Shown: positions 21,320-32,532 of the stretch, in pieces
Position numbering within the stretch: position 1 is the stretch's first letter
Layout: each line of letters starts with the position of its first letter
Assembly (NCBI GenBank): GCA_043228905.1
Contig: JBHGNT010000017.1
Coordinates: 10,974,001 to 11,038,000, forward strand
DNA from: Azolla caroliniana
Taxonomy: Eukaryota; Plantae; Polypodiophyta
DNA length: 64,000 nucleotides
Direction: 5' to 3'
Made by a program: the position numbers and the translations under genes
The notes under the pieces: generated by a model
Told to the model about the DNA's origin: nothing
Seen by the model: the letters and a program-made list of their open reading frames with translations, nothing else
Database searches by the model: none

Positions 21320-24300
21320 ATGCGGTCTCGGCCACCTACCCGACGCCCTGAGCCAGTCGAAGGAACTTCCGACTTGGCGGTTACTGACCAATCATTCCAA
21401 GACCTATCGAAGGCTCACCGGTTGCAATCCTCACCACCCAATACCCAGTCGCGAGTTGATTCCGCACCAACCTCCCCGCCGAGCCCTCCAGCGGTCACCC
21501 AACCTAACACTAACCCTTTTCTGGCTTTACCCGAGGACCCGGATCTCAATACCATGCCTTACCCCTACCCACGGTATACCGACGGCCCGGATGCGGAATC
21601 ACACACCCGGGCGTTTGTGTCCACATGGTAGGCCAACCACTCGATGCAGCGGTTATCGGTTGCCGAAATTGAGGCCTCCAAACTCGCGGAATTTGCTTCA
21701 TCCCTCGATGGCCCGGTTGCTCGATGGTACTCCCGCCTCGACATGGGAGAGGTCACAACGTTCCAAGACGTCCAGACAAAGTTCCTACAATTATTTCACC
21801 GCCAAGTTCCGAAACGGGAACTACTTCAGCAATTCTTTTCCATGAGCCAAGAACCTCATGAGACGGTCGCCTTGTTCACGATCCAGTTTCAGGATCTCTA
21901 CCGACAACTGGATGACGATGTTTGCGCCTATCATATTCCGGATACCTTCCTGTCCAGCCTACTGGAGCCTCTACGAACGACTCTCGCACTTACAGATTTC
22001 TCCAACCAGACTATTGAGCAAGTCATCACACGTGTCCTTGCAATCGATCGGACACAACATACCATGGTTTTCTCCACGGGCTCTTTGCAAAACTCCCTTC
22101 CTCAGGAGGACACTTTTTTCCAACAAGCCCTTCAATGCACGGCCTGCTCAGGCTCAGGCCATCTGTCTCTTCAGTGCCCTCACCGGCCACACTGCCCCAT
22201 ATGTCAGTCCCGAACTCACACGATCGCACAATGTGAATAAAACATGCTCAACCGCACCATGACGTCTCCGGTTCACTAGATCGAGCTTCGCAATATGTAC
22301 TCCCGGCAAGATGAACGGCAGTCATACCGACATCAGGCAAACGAGCAACCACGATCCCCGGATCGCCAGCACCGTGACGACGACTACCGCCGTGACAACG
22401 ACCGGTATCGCCACGACAATCGCAGGAGATCAGACGACCGTGACCAGTACCACGACGACCAATATAGAGCGAACGATGAGTACGATCGGTATGACGATGA
22501 CCGGGAGGACCGGTACGATCAGCGGTATTCACAAAATAATCGACGAAACTCTTATAGAGGTCCGCAAAACAATAGACATCAGAACGACAATCGTCATCGG
22601 GACCCCTCTCCAAACGCCCCGCACACCGCACACCGCGGCACAGGCCAACACGCCTAACCAAGCAGCCGGGAACCAATCACAACCCTTCCCACACACTGAG
22701 CACGGTGACACCAGTAACTCGGCATCCGTTATTTCCTTTAAGTGTAACCAACCCAGCCACTACGCTACCCAATGCCCAACCACAGACCGTGGCAAGGCCC
22801 CGACTGTGAATACTATTATGGCCGATGTCCAACATGTCACTACATGTAGCAAGACCCACGCCAGCCAATGGCAAGAACAAGATGAAGTCCGACAAGCAGC
22901 TAAGGATTGGATTGACACGACCAACAAAAGCAACGTGGCATGGATGCACATAGAGATGCAGGACGTGACCATCGACGCACCACCGGCCGCAGGACCATCC
23001 ACCATGGCAGAAGATGACCATCTATGGGAAACCCTTACAAGCGCTAGGATCTCGTTGCCATTACATAAGTGGTTACCGCTCATGCCGCGTTTTTGGGATA
23101 CCTTGGCTAAGCTCACGGCTAACAACAAAACGGTTGTACCCTCGGTTAACCTGACGGAGCTAGGGATAGGGCCACCCCTCATGGATTCCCAGAATCCAGC
23201 CGTGAATATCATGATTAAAGGATGCGACCTTCATGGGTGCATTATCGATGGTGGCTCCGGTGTGAACGTCATCAACGAGGCCACATGTCACACCCTCGAC
23301 ATAAACCAATGGGAGCCTTGCCCCTTTTGGCTACGGATGGGCGATACGCGATTGGTTCGCCCCATCGGGTTAATCCGACACCTTGATTTCACGTTAGCCG
23401 GCCACCTGTTCACTATCTCGACAGTCATGTTACGCCTTGAAGCTCCGGGCGCTTACCCAACGCTGCTTGGCTGACCCTGGCTACACACATCAAATATTAA
23501 ACAACATTGGCAGCAGAATATGATCTCCTTCCGCTGAGGGAAGTCCAAGGTAAGGGTAATAACAGAAGAAAACCTAACCACGCCTCACAAAACTACGCCC
23601 TTATACGTGGAAGGGGTACACATGCTCGACGGCTTAGCCGATGAAGAGGTCGATGACTTCCTAGATGATCACCCCACTATCGTACCCCTCTTTGAAATAA
23701 ACGCCATTTCGGGTGTTGGCACACCACTGGATGGGGATGGCACAACAGATTCCCTTCCCTAGGACGACGCCGATCCCACCACTATCGCGGAACTACGACA
23801 AGCGCGGGACGCGTTCGAACGAGAACTCAACATTTCCCAGCGGGTAAAAGCATCAACACTTGAGTCACTGAACCTCGGCTCAGACTAGAACCCGCGGACA
23901 CTTTAAATTGCTAATAACTTACCAGCCGACGAACGGTCAGACCTGATACGCCTGCTCATGGAATATCAGGATGTATTCGCCTGGTCTTACACGGATATGA
24001 AGGGATTGGATCCCCAATTTTACCAACACCACATACACCTCCTACCGGACACTCAACCGATCCAACAATGACGGTACCATATGAACCCCAACTATGCGAT
24101 TGAGGTCAAAGAGGAAACCGACAAACTTCTTCGAGTCGGCATTATATGCCCAATAAAAAGAGCCACATGGTTAAGCCCAATCGTTGTGGTCCCCAAGGAA
24201 AACGGGAAAATCCACATTTGCGTCCATTACTGCAAACTCAATGGTGCGACAGTCACGGATGGGTTCCCTCTTCCATTCACGGATAGTGTCCTCGACACGG

Positions 24301-26718
24301 TGGCTGGTCATGAATGCTACAGTTTCCTCGATGGGTTCAGTGGCTATAATAAAATCCTAATGCACCCGGACGATTAGGAGAAAACGATGTTTGTCACGGA
24401 CTGGGGTGTCTTCGTGGCCGAGGTAATGATGTTCGGATTAAAGATGGCACCGGCCACATTCCAACGCATCATCACAGAGATTTTCAACGAGTATATTCCG
24501 GCGTCCATGCAAGTGTTCCTCAATGACTTTGCCGTGTATGGCCAGTGGCTGGAGGATATGACCCAGCAACGGCTCTGTCTCGAACGATGCCAACAAGCTC
24601 GCTTGAGTTTAAATACGGTAAAATGCGCGTTCTTCGTGACAAGCGGTAACCTGCTCGGGCACATAGTCAGCCAGGAAGGTATCACCATGGATCCGGATAA
24701 AGTGTAGGCCATTCTGAATGCCCCCGCGCCCTCTACCGCGAAGGCTCTTAGCAGATTCTTGGGCCAAATTAGATGGCATAGCCGGATGTTGCGACACCTA
24801 GCCGATTTCACGACTCGTTTACACGCGACGGTGCATGAACTCCCATTTCAGTGGTCTTCAACAGAAGACGAGGCGTACCAAGCCTTGAAGTTAATGCTCT
24901 CCCATGCCCCGGTGGTCCAGGCACCGGCCTGGTCGGAACCTTTTCACGTCTTCGTAGACGCATCAGATATAGCCATCGGCAACGCGCTCATGTAGCACAC
25001 ACCACCGAATTGGTACCGACCAGTGTATTACGCTAGCCGACGTCTCTCGGCCGCGGAGAAGAACTACTCAACCACTGAACACGAGGCCCTCAGTATGGTT
25101 TACAACATCAACAAATTCCAACACTATCTCTTGGGCCAGAACTTCACATTCCACGTCAACCACTCGACCCTCCTCTACTTGGTTAATAAGCAGGCCCTCA
25201 CAGGTCGCCTGGCCCGATGGATGCTCCTGCTACAGGAGTTTGAATTTCAGATCCAACACTAGCCCGACGTCCAACACGCCATAGCTGACTATCTGAGCCG
25301 CCTCGAGTCAGGCGAACCAGCCATGTCCACGTACGATGAATTACCCGACGCCGCCCTTTTCAGTCTCGCAACGGTACCCGACGCAAATGAGGACGAATGG
25401 ATCGCAGAGATGACCCATTTTTTGAGGACAGGCCTTCCTCCCGACCACTTGACCTTGGACGCTCAAAAACGAATAGATGTCTTTTCTCCGACACCCTTTA
25501 CCACAAAGGCTCGGATGGCATTTGGCGCCGTGCAATCCGTCAATTTGAGAAACCCGCAATCCTCCAGGAGGCACATTACGGAATTGCGGGGGGACATTAC
25601 GCTAGAGAGGCCACGACAAGAAAAATATAGTAGAGTGGCTTGTGGTGGCCCACAACAAAAAAAGATGCTCATGAATTCTATCGACAATGCGATCTATGTC
25701 AACGCATGGGACAACCGACTGAGCAAGCCCGAATGCCACGCGAACCCATTCTTCTGTTAGAGCCATTTCAAAAGTGGGGGTTAGATTTTGTCGAACCTTT
25801 TAAACCAGCCGCGGCCTGCACCGGTAACAAATACATCATCGTGGCCATGGACTATTGCACAAAATGGGTCGAGGCTAAGGCATTGCGGGACAATACCGTT
25901 GCATCCACGGAAAAATTTGTATACGAACATCTATGGTGCCGATATGGATGCCCAATCGAGCTCATTAGTGACCAAGGCGGGCATTTTCTAAACCACATAA
26001 TTCACGAACTCACTACACACTACGTGGTCGTACATAAGAAAAGTACATCGTACTACCGACAGGCAAACGGATTGGCAGAGTCGACTAATAAAATTTTGCA
26101 GAAAATACTGAAAAAGATCGTCAATGAGAACCACACTTATTGGGATGCCAAGCTCCAGAGTGCATTATGGGCGTATCACACCACATTCAAAACGAGCATT
26201 TAGTCTACACCCTTTCGGTTGGCCTTTGGTTTGGAAGCAGTCATGTCGATCGAGTTCCAAGTTCCAAGTCTCCGAGTTCAGGTTAAGGAAAGGCTACCCG
26301 AGGTCAATCAAAGCAATATCGGCTCGAACAGCTCCTTGAACTCGGCGAACAACGAGTGGCTAGCATGGCTCACCTGGAGTACCACCAATGGCAACGCAAA
26401 GCCTTCGTCGATCGACAACAAAAGGGTACGGAGAAAGCACTTACCATCGGCAAACTGGTGTTGGTCTTCCAAACATGACTCAGTGCTATGCCGGGTAAAT
26501 TACGATTCCAATGGACAGGCCCCTTTTGGATAATTGACGAGTTTAACGGCACATTCCAACTCAGCACACTTGCCGGAGACATCGTCAAGAGCTGGGCAAA
26601 TGGCTTCCGCCTTCGACCTTACCTCGGGACGACCCCAGTTAATCCTTTCGCCGTGACCGACGGCACGGACCAGCTCCCGGACGACGCCTCCAATGAGGCC
26701 ACGTGTCCCCATCGGTAA
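21320..26718 (+). pseudogene. pol: G2 gag-pol with many stops
   Basis: Colinear with G1: PDAESH, CTAC..GH..C, IDGGSGVN, LDGFSGYN, VDASDIAIG, QKWGLDFV, MPGKLRFQWTGP. Confidence 0.93.
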
Positions 26719-26813
26719 AATCATGACCTACCCACCAAATGTATATAGTAGGAATGATTTTTAGTAGTTAAATTAGCATTACCTAGAATTACCTAACTAA
26801 TCACCCCAAATCA

Positions 26814-29800
26814 TGACGAGAATAGACGCTTCTATTCACCTTCTTCCTTTCGGCCACAACCGAGTAATCGCGGATCAATGCAGCAGAAAATAGGAAATAC
26901 AGAGAAAGACACGATACACAGGGATTAACGTGGAAAACCCTATACGGGAAAAACCACGGGAGTGCGAGACTCCAAACCAAACTATGCACAGAGAAATATA
27001 CAATGGCGAGCTGCAAGGCAACGACCTTGAGCTCGCTGTCCTCGCCACAGGCGGCGGAAATACACAGAGGCGTCTACCTCTTCCTCTCTCGCGCTCTATC
27101 TCTCTCACGGCTGCTCTCTCTTCACTCCTCTCAAGTGGAAAAACAGAAAAATGAGAAGCAACAGTAAAACTGTTTGCCCTAAGTCATATTTATACTTATA
27201 TGACTTTGGGCTATTTACAACTATAGCCTCAGGGGCCCATAGCGAACATATTCACGGATATGTCCCTGCATCCGGATCGCTCTCCGGGTACATTCGTCAT
27301 CCGGCACCGAAACCGGGGTCTTCGTCATCCGGATCCGAAACCGAAACCGGGCTCGTCGGCATTCATCTCCGATATCCGACCATCCCATCCGAAAGGGACC
27401 GGAATCCCAACAAACTCCCCCTTCACTGCGGCATGGGATGTCTCTCCAATCCGATCCTCTTCCGGCATGCTTCCAGCTTGTCGGGTGTGAGCACCTTGGT
27501 CAGCATATCCGACCCGTTCTCGTCCGTGTGGATCTTTGTCAGCACGAACTCCTTGTCTTCTATCCTTTCCCGGATCCAGTGATATCTTCGCTGGATGTGC
27601 TTCGTCCGGGAGTGATAGGCCGCGTTCTTCGCAAGGTGGATTGCACTCTGACTGTCACAGTAGAGTCGGTACTCCTCCTGCCGGATACCGAGCTCTCTAA
27701 TGAAGTCCTTCATCCATATTACTTCCTTGCCGGCTTCAACAGCCGCCATGTACTCCGCCTCCGTAGTTGACAACGCAACCGTCTTCTGCAGCCTCGACTG
27801 CCATGACACAGCTCCCCCTGCATACGTCATCACATACCCTGATGTGGACCGGCTGGTATCTGCATCAGCCGACATATCCGAATCGGTAAAGCCGTCGAGT
27901 TCGGGCTTACCGGAGCCAAATCGGAGGCACACGTTTGCCGTGCCCTTCAGGTATCGGAGTATCCACTTGGCCGCGTTCCAATGCTCTTTGCCGGGATTGC
28001 TCATGTACCGGCTCACCACTCCGACTGCATATCCGATGTCCGGTCTCGTACACACCATGGCGTACATCAAGCTCCCGACGGCTGAGGCATATGGCACTTT
28101 CATCATATCCTCCTTTTCAGCCTTTGTCTTGGGACTTTGCTTGTTGGACAGCTTGCAGTTTGCCGGGAGGGTCGATCCGACCGGTCTTGCTTCCGACATG
28201 TTGAACCGGTGAAGCACCTTCGTCACGTACTTCTCCTGTGACAGCCACAACTGCTTCTTCTTCCGGTCCCGGATGATGTGCATCCCTAGTATTTGCCTCG
28301 CCGGACCCAAGTCCTTCATTGAGAAGGTTCGGTGAAGAGCCTTCTTCAGCATCCGTATCTTGACCTGGTCCCGTCCGACGATCAACATGTCGTCCACGTA
28401 CAGGAGGAGTATTAGGAAATCTCCTCCTTCGAACTTCTTCACAAACACACAGTGGTCGGACTGCGTTTTGAGGTACCCTTCGTCGGTCATGAAGGAGTCG
28501 AATTTCCGGTACCATTGCCGGGGAGCCTGCTTCAGTCCGTAAAGGCTCTTCTTCAACCGGCATACCAGGTGCTCCTTCCCTTTCTTCTCGAATCCTTCCG
28601 GTTGCTGCATGTAGATCTCTTCATCGAGGTCACCGTGAAGGAATGACGTCTTCACGTCCATCTGTTCTACCTCGTGGTCCATGCTTGCCGCTATGCTCAG
28701 CACCGTCCGGATGGAGGTCATCTTCACTACCGGGGCAAATATCTCGTCGAAGTCGACGCCCTTCTTCTGCTGAGACCCCTTCACCACGATCCTGGCTTTG
28801 TATCTCGGGGGGTTTCCGGCATCTCCCGGTTTCAGCTTGAACACCCACTTGTTTCGAAGTGCCCGTTTTCCTTTCGGCAACTCCACAAGTTCATATGTGT
28901 GGTTCTCATGCAGGGAATCCATCTCGTCCTGCATGGCACTCAACCACCTGCGGCTCTGGGTGTCGTGCTTTGCTTCTTCAAAGCTCTCCGGCTCCCCCTC
29001 GTCGGTTAGCAGCACGTGCTCTGGATCCGGAAATCTCCGGGGGGCCCTCCTCTCTCTTAGAGGATATCTCCGTTCCGGAGCTTCGGTAACCGGTTCTTCC
29101 GATTCTTCTTCATCCGAATCCATTTCGGGATCGGGGCCGGTTCCGGTATCGTTTTCATCTTCTTCGGCCGGTTCTGTTTCTTCACCGTCTTCGGCCGGAT
29201 CCTCGAGTGCTAGCCGGTCCCTTGCCGGTCGGGACTGCTCCTTGTAGAGTTGATCCTCACCGGTCGACTTGGAGCTCTTTACCTTCTTCTCCGACTCCCA
29301 GTCGGCGAGTGTCTTGTCCTCCATGAAGATGATGTCTCGACTCCTGAATATCTTCTTGTCGACCGGGTCCCATACTCGGTAGCCGAACTCGTCGTCGCCG
29401 TAACCGAGGAATATGCATGGCCGGGTCTTTGGATCTAGCTTTCCTCTCCGGTCCTTTGCCACATGCACGTATGCGAGACACCCGAACACCTTCAGATGCC
29501 GGTAGGACACTTCCTTACCGGTCCACACTTTCTGTGGCGTGTCTCCGTCCAAAGGTACTGAGGGTGATCTATTTATCACGTATGTCGCCGTCGACATTGC
29601 CTCAGCCCAAAACCCCTTGGGTAATTTCGCATGCGCCAGCATACTCCGGACCCTCTCCATTATGGTCCGGTTCATCCTCTCGGCCAGCCCGTTCAGTTCC
29701 GGCGTCTTCGGCACAGTAAACTCGAGCCGGATTCCCTTCGAGCGACAGTACTCCTGGAACTGCCCCCGGTATTCCCCTCCGTTATCCGCTCGTATCGCTT

Positions 29801-32124
29801 TCAGCTTCTTGCCGGATTCCCTTTCCACTCTCGCGTGGAGTTCTTTGAAGACGCACAACACTTGGTCCTTTGTCTTCAACGGTGCCGTCCACAGCTTCCG
29901 GCTGTGATCATCGATGAATGTGACGAAGTACTGGGCTCCGCCATGTGACTTCGTCTCTACCTGACACACGTCAGTGTGCACCAACTCCAATGGTGCGCTA
30001 CGTCTCGTCGGTGGCCTTGAGTGGAAGGAGGTTCGGTTCTGCTTACCGGCCAGGCAATCGGTGCACTTCTCCAGGTGCACATGCTTCACTGGGATGAGGT
30101 TGTCTTCTGCAAGCCTCTTCATCCCCTTCTCACTCATGTGGCACAGTCTTTTGTGCCACAACTCACCGGCAGTGTCGGCTGCCACATTCAACTCTTCCGG
30201 ACATAACCGGGCATTCATCAGGTACAATGTGTTGTCTTTCCGGGCCCGAGCCACTATCAGGTTCCCCTTGCTGAACTTCATGACACCGTTCCGGATGCTA
30301 CCCGTGTAGCCTTCATCATCTAGCCTCCCGGCCGAAATCAGGTTCAGTCGGACCTCCGGAACGTGTCGGACATTCTTCAGCAGCATTTTGCATCCGGTCG
30401 GGGTTGTCAACCACACGTCTCCTATGCCGGCAATCCGGCACGTACCTTCGTTTCCCATCCGAACACAGCCATGCTCGCCGGCTGAGTAGGATGAGAAGTA
30501 TCTTCTCTCCGGGGTCAGGTGGAACGATGCTCCGGAATCGACCACCCAGGTCGTCTCATCGCCGGCAATGTTTAGTTCACCTTCTTCGGTGATGAGCATG
30601 ATCTCTTCTTCACTTGCCGCGAGTGCCGTCGTTCCTTTCCGGTCCTGTCCTCGCCGATCCGAACCATTCCGGTCCGTGGCTCCCCGGTATGCACCGTTTC
30701 TCTCCGGTGACTTCTTCGAATCGGTGTTGTCGGTTCCATTGTCTTTTCGGTAATGCCGACAATTCTTTCGGAAGTGCCCCGGCTTCCCACAGTGGAAGCA
30801 TGTGGGCCTTCCTCTTGACTGCGACCGGGTCCCCGACTTCTCCCGTCTTTGCGGACTCCGGTTCCATTGTCTTCCCCGATCCGATTCGGTAAACAGCATC
30901 TTCGGGTCGGAGGCCGGTTCTTTATCTCTCCGACGCGCTTCTTCATTCAGAATACTTGTCTTTACCGTTTGTAAGGACAAGTTATCTTCGGTGCACGAGG
31001 TGCTGAGAGTCACCACCAAGTTCTCCCAGCTTTCCGGCAATGTACACATCAGGATGATGGCTTGCATTGCATCCTCCAACGGGAACTTGATCGCCGCAAG
31101 CTGATTCACGAATCCCATGAACGTGCTTACGTGTTCAACCATACTCTCGCCGTCCCGGTACTTGAGATTCACTATCTTCCTCATCAGGGAGGTCCGGTTC
31201 AACGCATTCTTCCTCTCATAGAGGCCCGACAGCTTCTTCCACATCTCATATGCGTTGGTGTCGTTCGCCACATGTTGTAGGACGCTTACATCGACATATT
31301 GTCGGATCGTCGCTACGGCTTTCCGGTTCAGGAGCTTCCACTCCGACTCAAGTACCCCTTTCGGTATTTCCGACCTGTCAATCGGTTCGTACAGGTCCCG
31401 AACAATCAGAAGATCCTCCATCTTGATCTTCCAGTCGGCGTAATTCTGCGCATTCAGCACCATCATCATCGGCTGCCCGCTGCCGCCGCCTTCCATTTTC
31501 TGCAACAGTCGCTCTGATACCAGTTTGACGAGAATAGACGCTTCTATTCACCTTCTTCCTTTCGGCCACAACCGAGTAATCGCGGATCAATGCAGCAGAA
31601 AATAGGAAATACAGAGAAAGACACGATACACAGGGATTAACGTGGAAAACCCTATACGGGAAAAACCACGGGAGTGCGAGACTCCAAACCAAACTATGCA
31701 CAGAGAAATATACAATGGCGAGCTGCAAGGCAACGACCTTGAGCTCGCTGTCCTCGCCACAGGCGGCGGAAATACACAGAGGCGTCTACCTCTTCCTCTC
31801 TCGCGCTCTATCTCTCTCACGGCTGCTCTCTCTTCACTCCTCTCAAGTGGAAAAACAGAAAAATGAGAAGCAACAGTAAAACTGTTTGCCCTAAGTCATA
31901 TTTATACTTATATGACTTTGGGCTATTTACAACTATAGCCTCAGGGGCCCATAGCGAACATATTCACGGATATGTCCCTGCATCCGGATCGCTCTCCGGG
32001 TACATTCGTCATCCGGCACCGAAACCGGGGTCTTCGTCATCCGGATCCGAAACCGAAACCGGGCTCGTCGGCATTCATCTCCGATATCCGACCATCCCAT
32101 CCGAAAGGGACCGGAATCCCAACA
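26814..32124 (-). mobile_element. C3: intact, very young Copia nested between G2 pol and ORF3
   Basis: 599-bp LTRs (26814-27412, 31526-32124) with no difference seen. TSD AATCA. iMet PBS at ~31510-31522; PPT GAAGGGGGAGTT next to the 3' LTR. Confidence 0.98.
27423..31496 (-). CDS. pol: C3 Gag-PR-INT-RT-RH polyprotein, 1357 aa from the ATG, intact
   Basis: Single ORF with CFHCGKPGHFRKNC, DSGAS, HHCC, D,D35E (HTDVC/ADNGGE/AERMN), YVDD and RNase H (TDSD, EAEY, CDSQSA). Confidence 0.97.
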   Translation of the reverse strand: MEGGGSGQPMMMVLNAQNYADWKIKMEDLLIVRDLYEPIDRSEIPKGVLESEWKLLNRKAVATIRQYVDVSVLQHVANDTNAYEMWKKLSGLYERKNALNRTSLMRKIVNLKYRDGESMVEHVSTFMGFVNQLAAIKFPLEDAMQAIILMCTLPESWENLVVTLSTSCTEDNLSLQTVKTSILNEEARRRDKEPASDPKMLFTESDRGRQWNRSPQRREKSGTRSQSRGRPTCFHCGKPGHFRKNCRHYRKDNGTDNTDSKKSPERNGAYRGATDRNGSDRRGQDRKGTTALAASEEEIMLITEEGELNIAGDETTWVVDSGASFHLTPERRYFSSYSAGEHGCVRMGNEGTCRIAGIGDVWLTTPTGCKMLLKNVRHVPEVRLNLISAGRLDDEGYTGSIRNGVMKFSKGNLIVARARKDNTLYLMNARLCPEELNVAADTAGELWHKRLCHMSEKGMKRLAEDNLIPVKHVHLEKCTDCLAGKQNRTSFHSRPPTRRSAPLELVHTDVCQVETKSHGGAQYFVTFIDDHSRKLWTAPLKTKDQVLCVFKELHARVERESGKKLKAIRADNGGEYRGQFQEYCRSKGIRLEFTVPKTPELNGLAERMNRTIMERVRSMLAHAKLPKGFWAEAMSTATYVINRSPSVPLDGDTPQKVWTGKEVSYRHLKVFGCLAYVHVAKDRRGKLDPKTRPCIFLGYGDDEFGYRVWDPVDKKIFRSRDIIFMEDKTLADWESEKKVKSSKSTGEDQLYKEQSRPARDRLALEDPAEDGEETEPAEEDENDTGTGPDPEMDSDEEESEEPVTEAPERRYPLRERRAPRRFPDPEHVLLTDEGEPESFEEAKHDTQSRRWLSAMQDEMDSLHENHTYELVELPKGKRALRNKWVFKLKPGDAGNPPRYKARIVVKGSQQKKGVDFDEIFAPVVKMTSIRTVLSIAASMDHEVEQMDVKTSFLHGDLDEEIYMQQPEGFEKKGKEHLVCRLKKSLYGLKQAPRQWYRKFDSFMTDEGYLKTQSDHCVFVKKFEGGDFLILLLYVDDMLIVGRDQVKIRMLKKALHRTFSMKDLGPARQILGMHIIRDRKKKQLWLSQEKYVTKVLHRFNMSEARPVGSTLPANCKLSNKQSPKTKAEKEDMMKVPYASAVGSLMYAMVCTRPDIGYAVGVVSRYMSNPGKEHWNAAKWILRYLKGTANVCLRFGSGKPELDGFTDSDMSADADTSRSTSGYVMTYAGGAVSWQSRLQKTVALSTTEAEYMAAVEAGKEVIWMKDFIRELGIRQEEYRLYCDSQSAIHLAKNAAYHSRTKHIQRRYHWIRERIEDKEFVLTKIHTDENGSDMLTKVLTPDKLEACRKRIGLERHPMPQ

Positions 32125-32532
32125 AATCACGAGATTTTTTTTTAGGCACACCAACTAGTCACATCCACTTTAAAATAGAATATTTAAGCAGCATGTACAC
32201 CAGACTAGCACTCCTGGCACGTGTGGCCATAATACCTTACTATGGCAGCTCCAATTAGGAATCTCAAAGATCTTCTCCCTGCACAAAACCCTAGGCAATC
32301 TCATAAAAGAAACTACCCCACACACAATGCACCCACCCACTCAGACGCGTTCTTGCCTTCATTGTCTTCAAGCTCCGCAACTCTATCTCGTTCTCATCGC
32401 CCCTGCAAACGGACTCCTACCTCTCGCCCTCGTAGCCCTTGCACAGACCAACAACGATCCCCCAACTCTCTGTCTCGCCCTCGTCTCATTGCTTCCCCCC
32501 ACGCCTCCTCCCAACAAACCTTCACATCCACC

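Noticed and set aside
27438-31443. Many short antisense ORFs over the Copia and Gypsy coding regions
   Set aside because: These are shadow ORFs from GC-rich, stop-poor codon usage, with no motifs of their own.
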